Of a DNA stretch of 64,000 bases, positions 51,225-61,600 are shown one piece after another (within the stretch, counting starts at the first letter, position 1; each line of letters opens with the position of its first letter). The notes beneath the pieces were generated by a model that was given only the letters and a program-made list of their open reading frames with translations, made no database searches and was not told the origin of the DNA. The translations under genes were made by a program, and so were the position numbers. This stretch comes from Acidimicrobiales bacterium (GTDB lineage: Bacteria; Actinomycetota; Acidimicrobiia; Acidimicrobiales; Bin134), in assembly GCA_965115985.1 (NCBI GenBank), contig OZ220474.1, forward strand, positions 3,172,504 through 3,236,503, in the 5' to 3' direction.

Positions 51225-52448
51225 TTAGCCGACGGCGAAATCCGGGTTGGGGGTGAACGTGAGCGGCAGCGAGGTCAGGCCCCGGGTGTAGACCCCGGTT
51301 TCGACCTGCTGGTAGCCATCGGCGTAGGCGATGTCGTCCATGGCGTCCAGCAGGGCGTCCATGGCCACGGTGAGCTCGGCCCGGGCCAGCATCGACCCCA
51401 CGCAGAAATGGCGGCCCAGTGCGAACGCGGTGTGGTTGGCCGCGGCGGTGAACGCCTTGTCGAACTCCAGGTCGGAGCGGTGGATGTCGAACCGGTCGGG
51501 TTCGCCGAACACCTCGGGATCCCGGTTGGCCGAACCCAAAAGCAGCTCAAGGGTACGACCCGCCTCCACCGTGCCCCCGGAGAACTCCACGTCCTCCTCG
51601 GTGTGGCGCATGATCATCTGCACCGGCCCGGTGTAGCGCAGCGTCTCGGCGAAGGCCCGGCCGATGAGTTGACGGTCGGCCCGCACCTCGGCCATCTGGT
51701 CGGGGTTGTCCAGCAGGTTCCGCATGGTCAGGGTGATGGCCTTCTCGGTGGTCTCTCCGCCGGCGGTCAGCAAAAGACTGCAAAACCCCCGAATGTCATC
51801 GTCGCTCATCCGGACACCGTCGAACTCCTTGGTCACCATGGCGGTGAGCAGGTCGTCGCCGGGGTTGGCCCGCCGCTCGGCGATCTTGGGCATCAGGTAC
51901 TCCCCCATCTCCTTTCGAGCCGCCATCCCCCGCCGGTTCTTCTCCTCGTCACCGGTGATGTTGGAGACGAAATCCATGATCATCGTGTACCACTGGTGGA
52001 ATTGGGGCACGTCCTCCATGGGCAGGTCGAGGAGCTGCACGATCACCCCGATCGGGTAGTAGGTGCTGAATCGGCGGCACAGATCCACCTCTCCGTCGGC
52101 CAGGAACTCGGCGATCTGGCTGCGGGCCGCCCTGGTGATGGCGGGCACGATGCTCTGCTCCAGGTAGCTGCCCCGAAAGATCGGGTTGACGATGCCCCGG
52201 TAGGAGGAGTGCTCCTTGCCCTCCATCTGGAGGATGGTGCGACCGTGGACCGGCTCGGTCTGCCACTCGTAGTTGCGGCTCGAAACCTTGGGGTTGCGGA
52301 AGGCTCCGGCCACGTCCTCGTAGCGGCTGATCACGTAGGCCTGGGTGCCCTCGTGCCACATCACCGGGTACTCGTTGCGAAGCACCTCGTAGTGCGGATA
52401 GGGGTCGGCATCGTACTGGGGGGACAAGATGTCAGGAGCAGCAGTCAT
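51225..52448 (-). CDS. Cytochrome P450
   Basis: Heme loop FALGRHFCVGSMLA, ETLR K-helix motif, AGGETT I-helix. The start is placed at Met104 of the track ORF (MTAAPDILSPQYDADPYPHY). Confidence 0.9.
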   Translation of the reverse strand: MTAAPDILSPQYDADPYPHYEVLRNEYPVMWHEGTQAYVISRYEDVAGAFRNPKVSSRNYEWQTEPVHGRTILQMEGKEHSSYRGIVNPIFRGSYLEQSIVPAITRAARSQIAEFLADGEVDLCRRFSTYYPIGVIVQLLDLPMEDVPQFHQWYTMIMDFVSNITGDEEKNRRGMAARKEMGEYLMPKIAERRANPGDDLLTAMVTKEFDGVRMSDDDIRGFCSLLLTAGGETTEKAITLTMRNLLDNPDQMAEVRADRQLIGRAFAETLRYTGPVQMIMRHTEEDVEFSGGTVEAGRTLELLLGSANRDPEVFGEPDRFDIHRSDLEFDKAFTAAANHTAFALGRHFCVGSMLARAELTVAMDALLDAMDDIAYADGYQQVETGVYTRGLTSLPLTFTPNPDFAVG

Positions 52449-52569
52449 GATCCATATAATATGACGGTTGATGACACTCCGACCGATCGTGCCGGCCGTG
52501 CAAGCGCGATCCGAAGCAGGCCACTTCATGTCCTCTGCCCAGCCCACCATTCTCTGGAGGCGGCTATGA

Positions 52570-52588
52570 CCCCCCCCCCCCCCCCCCC
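52570..52588 (+). repeat. C19 homopolymer tract upstream of the ~3631-aa gene
   Basis: 19 consecutive C residues, 6 nt before the TTG at 52595 and 39 nt before the ATG at 52628. Confidence 0.9.
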
Positions 52589-52627
52589 AATCAATTGCGG
52601 TTGTCAAGCTCGAGTCCGAGGCGACGA

Positions 52628-55600
52628 ATGGTTCGGAATAACCGAACCATCGCTCGCGAGGCACTGTCGCCTTCGCGGTTCCTGGCGCTTGCCGTTGCCT
52701 TCCTGCTGGTGCTGACGGTGACCCACGCCGTGTATTCGCCCGAACCCGCCACAGCACAAGCCGCGGTGCCGGTACTCACGGGCACCCCGGCCAATGCCCA
52801 GGTGGCCCTGTCCTGGGTCTACCCCACCGACCCCAACATCACCAACTGGCAGTATCAACAGAAGAAAGATGCGGCGGTCTACGGCGATTGGAGCGACATC
52901 GACGGCTCTGACGCCGGCACCCGCGGCCACACGATCACGGGCCTTACCAATGGCGCGGTCTACGGCTTTCGTGTTCGTCCTGTGATCGGAAGCACCCCCG
53001 GCACCGCATCCAGAGAGATCACGGCCACCCCGCGTGGTATCCCCTCTGCTGCGACAGGCCTCACCGCCACGCCCGGTGACGGGCAGATAACTCTGTCGTG
53101 GGACAGGCACCCGGATGCCAGCATCTCAGGCTGGGAGTTTTGGTACAAGCCGACGGATCTCTACCAGGGGGGCAGCTGGGCACCCATAGCTGGTTCTGAT
53201 GCCACCACCACCAGCCACGCGGTCACTGGCTTGACCAACGGAAGGGAATACGTCTTCCAGATTCGTGCCGCCAACCGGATTGGTCGCGGACCCATATCAG
53301 CAGAGGTCAAGGCCACGCCCGTAGCCGCCCGGCCCGCTGCGCCGACCGGTGTCACCGCGACTGCGGGCCATCAGCAGGTGAGCTTGTCGTGGAGCGACCC
53401 TGGCCAACCCAGCATCACCCGCTGGCAATATCAACAAAATGACGGTACCGGCTACGGCTCGTGGACGAACATGGCCGACTCCACTGCGACAACCACCAGC
53501 TATACGGTGACGTCCCTCACCAATGGCACTGCCTACAAGTTCAAGGTCCGTGCGGTGAATGACAGGGGGGCCGGTACCCCATCAGCAGAGGTTACAGCCA
53601 CGCCAACACTCCCTCCGCCTGCCAGACCTACGGGTTTTCGAGCTTTGGGATCGGGTCCTATAACGAATCCTGTCACCGGCTACTATGCGGGTCGGCTGAC
53701 GTTTTATTGGGATAATCCAAATGATCCCACGATCACCAAGCGGCAGTATTACGAGCATGACTTTGGAAGAAGGTGGATAGATCTAGCCAATTCCGGTGCT
53801 GATACCACAAGTGCTTCGATTCGAGTGAGCGCAGGTATTGGATTGCCATACAGTATTCGTGCCTGCAACATGGCAGGATGTGGTGCATCTACTGCTCGAA
53901 CTGGCTTTGTCAGGCCGAATCGACGGGATCCAAGGCCGGCGAAGCCGACCGGCCTTACCGCTACTGAAGTGGGTGATGGATTTGTGACATTGTCTTGGGA
54001 CAACCTGGGGGATTCCGGCATCGGCTATTGGCATGTTCGGTGGTGGGTGGTTGGGAGCAGTCGCCCGAACTGGGATGCAAGCCTTTCCCAGGTAGCCAGG
54101 GTTGATGGCGCAACCAATACCACCTATAAGGTGGAGCGTTTGACGAGTAATGAGGAGTACGAATTTCAGATCAGGGCGTACTATTCCTCGGGAAACAAGG
54201 CGAACATTCAGGACTCGGATACGATACGTGCTACTCCGATATCGGCACCTGGTATACCCGGCGGGTTTCGTGCCATAGGTGGGGATACGCAGGTTACTTT
54301 GTCATGGAACAAACACAGAAGTTCTGGTATCACCCGGTGGGAATATCAGCAAAGGAAAGAACCAAGTGGAACGGGCAAGTTTGGTGACTGGATTCCCATC
54401 CCAGGTTCCGATACTGCTACCACCAGTCACACTGTAACCGGTCTTCAGCAAGGAGGCACATACACCTTCAAAGTTCGTGCTGTGAACCGTATCGGCAATG
54501 GTCTAGCCTCAGCAGAGCGTACCACTGTCGCTGAGACAGATGCAGAGGTGCCTTGCAGGGTAGTCCTTTCGGACGCTTTGGGTAGCAATATTAGGAGCGG
54601 TCAAATACGGGTTAGTTTTGACATACTTGTTCCGGAAAACTGCGGGAAGATCACCTTTTTTGATTATCAAGCCAAGACTCTCAGCCAAGACTGGGACGAT
54701 GTGAACTGGCAGCCTGTGACCAATTTCAATGGAGATGATTTCGAGAATATGCCGACCTTTCAAGTACGTAAAAACGCCGCAGAGTCAGATGTATCAGTAA
54801 CTTCCCCCCAGAATTTGGATGTACGCATTCGGGCAGAAAACTTAGGCGCGCTTGAGGAGGGTCCGCCCTCTGATCCAGTGCGGATTTGGGCTGGGGATGC
54901 TCCGGCTGTTACCGGACTCAGGGCGGCAGGCAACGATAGGTCGGTCACCTTGTTTTGGGACCCCAAGCCTGACCGGGGCGTTATACATTGGGAATACGGA
55001 TACAAGCCTGATGGTGGGAATTGGTCAACTGATGTGCAGCTAGATGCTAAAGCCTCCATGACTCGGGTCTCCGGTCTGGCCAATGGAACCGAATACACGT
55101 TCCGTTTGCGGTCCCAGTCAGGGTATAATGGCGTGAAGAGCGATTGGGTTGAAACCACAGCCATACCAACAGTTACACCGCTCGGTGTTACGGTTTCTGA
55201 GTCTGAGTTGACCGTGGCGGAGGGCAGCAGTGGCACCTACACGGTCAAGTTGAACGCCGCCCCGTCTGACGATGTAACAGTTTCGATAATCGGGTCCTCT
55301 GGCGATGTGACGGTGAGTCCTCCCAGTCTGACGTTTACCACCAACAACTTCAACAGTGTGCAAACGGTGACAGTTTCGGCAGCCAAGGACGATGATGCAA
55401 TCATTGACCCTCCGGTGACTTTGACGCACAGTGCCTCTGGAGGGAGTTATAGCTTTGTGGATATCGGTTCTGTATTGGTGAAGGTCACAGACAGGGACAC
55501 CGCTGGTGTTACGGTTTCCGAGTCTGAGTTGACTGTACGGGAAGGCACCAGTCAGACCTACACCGTGAAACTTGATACACGAGCCCAGGAGAATGTGACG

Positions 55601-58600
55601 GTTTCGATAAGCGGAGCCTCTGGTGATGTGACCGTGTCACCTGAGAAACTGTTCTTTACCACCAGTAACTTCAACACTGCCCAGACGGTGACTGTGGCAG
55701 TTGGAAGTGACTCGGATTCGGTTGACGATCCGCCGGTTACTTTGACACACGCCGCATCCGGAGGAGATTACGGCGGCGTGAGCATTGACTCACTGACGGT
55801 GAATATCACTGACTCCAATCCACCTGCGGCACCAACAGGTCTGACGGCAACGTCAGGTGATACGAGCGTTGATTTGTCGTGGAACGATCCCAGCGACCCA
55901 AAAATCACCAGTTGGCAATTTCAGTACAAACCCGATGGCGGTAGCTACGGTGGATGGGCGGGGATTGCCAACTCTGGTGCCTCCACCACCACTCACACAG
56001 TCACGGGCCTGACCAACTACACGGAATACACCTTCCAGGTTCGCGCCGTCAGTGCCAATGGCGAAAGCGATCCCTCCAACGAAGCTACGGCAACGCCGAA
56101 GGCACCACCACCCGCAGCACCAACCGGCTTGACCGCCACTCCCGGTGACGGAGAGGTTACTTTGGGTTGGACCAACCCCAGCAATGCCAGCATCACCCGC
56201 TACGAGTATCAGCAGAAGATCGGTACCGGTAACTACGGTGCATGGACGGCGATTGCCAGCTCTGGTGCCTCCACCATCAGTCACACGGTTGCATCCTTGA
56301 CGAACGGCACTACTTACGCCTTCAAAATTCGAGCGGTGAACTCCACCGGCAATGGTGCAGCCTCAGCCGAGGCAACCGCCAGGCCGCTACCGCCTCTACC
56401 TGCAGCACCGACCGGCTTTACAGCTAATCCTCGCGATGGATCGGTACTGCTGCTTTGGTCTGATCCAGGTAATGCCAGCATAACGGGTTATGAGTTTCAG
56501 TTGAAGATGGGCAATAACTATGGCCCGGAGTGGGCACCGATTTCAGGCTCTGATGCGCTTACTACCGAACACATAGTCCCAAACTTGAAAAACGGTACTG
56601 CCTATACATTCAGAATCCGAGCGGTGAATCTGGCCGGCAAGGGTGCGCCTTCCGCCGATTCGACCGCGACCCCAATACCTGTGCCCGAAAGTCCTAGGAA
56701 ATTCGAGACTATTGGAAGTGATGAGCGGGTGACCTTGTATTGGGCTAATCCGAAGGATCCCACGATCACGAAGTGGCAGTATCGATACAGACTTTGGACT
56801 CTTCAGATCCCCGGTTTTCAGAGTCCGCCGAACCCTTTTGGCGCATGGACGGATATGAGTGGCTCTGATGCCACCACTACAAGCTTCGCGGTTACGGGAT
56901 TGACTAGCGGTACATTTTATGATTTCCAAATTCGTGCCGTTAACGTCGCCGGTGACGGCTTAGCTTCTAAAGTACTTACGGAAGCGGCAATCGCTAAGCC
57001 GGCTAGGCCGAGCGGCCTTACCGCTACTCCAGGTGATGGACAGGTGACCCTGTCTTGGGACGATCCTAAGGATACCAAGATCAGTCATTACCTTTTAAGG
57101 TACAAGGCCCCCACTGATTTTATTCATCCACCATGGGTTGAGAGCCATGCGCAGGTATTCAAGGTTGACGGCGCAACTGCTGTCACTTATACTGTGACAG
57201 GTTTGAACAATGGTACGACCTATGACTTCCAAATTGTGGCGTACCACATATCAACACCGGGCACTGCGTCGAAGTCGGTGCGTGTTGCTCCCGTGTCACC
57301 GGCACCGGCCAAACCCACTGGTTTGACGGCCACGGCTGGTGTGAGATCAGCGATGTTGTCTTGGACTGATCCCAATGACGATTCGATAACCATCTATGAG
57401 TACCGTCAAAGGAAAGGCAGCGATAGTTGGGGTGGCTGGACTCTGATTCCTGGTTCGGGTGCTGAGACTACGTCTCACACGGTGTCTGGCTTGGATTATA
57501 CCGATGATTACCGGTTCCGGATACGAGCCAAAGGCACCACCGGCAATAGCCCAGCATCAGAGGTAGTAACAGTCGCGCCCGCTTTCGGCACCCTGAGCAT
57601 TGCTGATGTGTCAGCAGATGAAGGCGGCACGTTCACCTTTACCGCGATGGTCAGTGCTGCGCCTCCTGAGAACCTGGATTTCAAGTATACTGTCACGGCA
57701 GAAACTGGTGATACGGCTATACCTGGTACGGACTTCACGGCAGTAACCATTGCAACCGCGGCCCGCATAAATGCCACCGAGACCAGCACCACTATCACAG
57801 TGACAGTTAACGATGACGGCGTGGTTGAACCTGATGAGACGTTCACGGTCACTCTTTCGGACGTGCCGGAAAGCATAATTTTGGCCGATGTAACCGCGCA
57901 GGGCACGATCACCAATGACGACAACACGCCGGTGCTGACTGCGATTGACAACTTCACGATCAAACGTGGTCAAACGGTTGACATAACAGCTTCTGCCACT
58001 GATGTGGATGCCTCTGATGCGATCACTTACTTGTGGGCGCGTAAGGCTGGTGAGACTCCTGCGGCACCTGCTGGGATCACTCTTGGCCAAGCACAGTTGA
58101 CGTTCACGCCGACGGCACTAGGAGCTTACACGTACACGGTTACCGCGTCAGACAACCACGGTAACGAGACTACTGAAGAAGTGATTATTACCGTGGTCGA
58201 GGCTGCCACAGTGTCAAAGTCCAGCATCGAACTCACTGAAGGTGCTAATGGCACGTACACGGTGAAGTTGAACTCCGTGCCGAGCGGTGATGTGACGATC
58301 ACGGTTGGTGGGGCCACTTCTGATGTGACGGTGGACAAGTCCTCGTTGACGTTCACCACATTGAACTGGAGTTCGGCTCAGACGGTCACGGTCACCACAG
58401 AGGCGGATGAGGACACCACCGACGAAACGGTCACGTTGACCCACACCGCTTCGGGTGGTGGCTACGTCTCGGCAACCATCGCATCCGTGAGGGTTTCGGT
58501 GACCGATACGACGCCTACCTTCCAGCTCCTCACTGATCCGGCTGATGTGACCGAGGGAGATAACATCAGCCTCACGGTCACGTCGGACATGTCGCTTACG

Positions 58601-61600
58601 GGAACCAAGCAAGTAACCCTGACACTGGCCGCGAGATCATCGAGCACTTTTGATGCTGATGATATTCCAGGCACTCTAGGCCCCAGATCCTTCTCAGCCA
58701 ACTTTGGGAGCAATCCCAGCAAAACCGGAACCATATCAATTCCTACCAGCAGCGACTCGGACACCGAAGGTACGGAAGCCTACCGAATCACCCTCAATGA
58801 AGGGACCGGTTACGCGGCGGGCACGGATAAAAGAGCAGACGGCAACTTGCTCGACCTGGCTCCTCCTCCGACCATCAATTTGAGTGTTGGTGATGTGTCG
58901 GCTTTGGAGGATGGGACGTTCACGTTCACTGTGACGGCTAATCCGATACCGACTGAGGGGATCAGTTTCAAGTACAAGGTGACCGCCGAGACCACCGATA
59001 CCGCTACCGCTACCGATGACTTCACCGCGGTGACCACTGCTACGGCCAAGACCATCGCAGCCAACACTGCTACTACGACGATTGTTGTCACGGTCGTGGA
59101 CGACGACCTGGACGAAAAAAACGAGACATTCACAGTGACCTTGTCCGACCCGTCCGACGGCGTTACCATCAGTGATGCGACTGCTACGGGTACCATTAAT
59201 GACAACGATAATTCGCCGGTGTTGACCGCGATTGATGATGATACCTTGTACTTGGGTCAGCAAGTCGATATCAGAGCGACGGCCACTGACGCCGATGCCG
59301 ACACGATCACTTACACGTGGGCGCGCAAGGCCGGTGAAACTCCTGCGTTGCCTGGTGGTACTGCTTTGAGTGATAGGCGTTTGCGGTTCACTCCTACCGC
59401 TACGGGCACCTACACGATGACGGTCACCGCATCCGACGGTAACGGCAACTCCGCCACCGAGGAAGTGGTGATAACCGTTATCAACGCGGCCACCGTGTCG
59501 AAGTCCGCGTTGACCGTCGAGGAAGGCAGCACCGGCAGCTACACGGTGAAACTCAACGCCGAACCCACCGGTAATGTGACCGTCACCGTTGGTGGTGTTT
59601 CGGGTGATGTGACGGTGGACAAGTCCTCGTTGACTTTTACCACGACCGATTATGCCACTGCTCAAACGGTGATGGTGACCGCTGCTGGTGATGAGGACAC
59701 CACCACCGATCCGACCGTGACCTTGACCCACACCGCTTCGGGTGGTGGCTATGGTTCCGCGACGATCACGTCGGTAGTGGTAACTGTCACGGAGAACACG
59801 CCGACGCTTACATTGGGAAATAATCCTGCCGCGGTGACCGAGGGCGACAATATTTCTCTGACCGTCACGTCGGACCGATCCCTGACGGGAACTCTCCAAG
59901 TCTCGCTCACGCTGGCCGATCGAGGATCCAGCGGATTCGACGCTGCTGACATCGCCGGCTCCTTGGGTCCACGAAACTTCACCGCCACCTTCGGCAACAC
60001 TGCTTCCACCACCGGGACAATCACCATCGCAACCAACACCGACACCAACGACGAAGGCGCAGAAACCTACACCATCACCCTGAACGACGGCACCGGCTAC
60101 GCCATCGGCACGGACACCACCGCCGAAGGAACCATAAACGACCCCACCCCAACACCCACCCCCACCCCCACCCCAACACCCACTCCTGTTCCTACGGTGT
60201 CGTTGAGCATTGCTGATGTGTCGGCTTCGGAGGATGGGACGTTCACGTTCACTGTGACGGCCAATCCGATACCGACTGAGGGGATCAGTTTCAAGTACAA
60301 GGTGACCGCCGAAACCACCGATACCGCTACCGCTACCGATGACTTCACCGCGGTGACCACTGCTACGGCCAAGACCATCGCAGCTAACACCGCCACCACG
60401 ACAATCACTGTAGTGGTGGTGGACGACGAGCTGGATGAAAAAAACGAGACGTTCACGGTGACTCTGTCGGACCCGTCCGATGGTGTGATTATTGGTGATG
60501 CGACTGCCACGGGTACCATCAACGACAACGATAATTCGCCGGTGTTGACTGCGATTGATGACGACACCTTGTATTTGGGCCAGCAAGTCGATATCAGGGC
60601 GACGGCCACCGATGCGGATGCCGACACGATCACTTACACGTGGACGCGCAAGGCCAGTGAAACTCCTGCGTTGCCTGGTGGCACTACTTTGAGTGATAGG
60701 CGTTTGCGGTTCACTCCTACCGCTACGGGCACATACACGATGACGGTCACCGCATCGGATGGCAGCGGCAACTCCGCCACCGAGGAAGTGGTGATAACCG
60801 TTATAAACGCGGCCACGGTGTCGAAGTCCGCGTTGACCGTCGAGGAAGGCAGCACCGGCAGCTACACGGTGAAACTCAACGCCGAACCCACCGGTAATGT
60901 GACCGTCACCCTTGGTGGTACGACCAGCGATGTGACGGTGGACAAGTCCTCGTTGACGTTTACTACCTCGAATTGGAGTGCGGCTCAGACAATCGTGGTT
61001 ACCGCAGAGGCGGATGAGGACACCACCGACGAAACTGTCACGTTGACCCACACCGCTTCTGGTGGTGGCTACGCCTCGGCGACGATTGCGTCCATAAGCG
61101 TTTCGACGACCGATACTACGCCCACTTTCCAGCTTCTCACCGATCCGGCTGATGTGACCGAGGGTGGCAGCATCAGCCTGACCGTCACGTCGGACATGTC
61201 GCTTACGGGAACCAAACAGGTGAGTTTGACGTTGGCGGCGAGGTCGTCGAGTACTTTCACTGCTGCTGATATCGTAGGGACACTAGGGCCCAGGTCCTTC
61301 TCGGCTGATTTTGGTAGTACTCCCAGCAAAACTGGAACCATCTCGATTGCTACGAGTAGCGATTCGGCCACCGAGGGTACGGAAGCCTACCGGATCACCT
61401 TGAACGATGGTGCGGGTTATGCACTGGGTATGGATAAAAGAGCAGACGGCAATCTGCTCGACCCGACCCCTACTCCGACCATTAATTTGAGCATTGCTGA
61501 TGTGTCGGCTTCGGAGGATGGTACGTTCACGTTCACGGTCACGGCCAGTCCGATACCGACTGAGGGGATCAGTTTCAAGTACAAGGTGACCGCCGAAACC

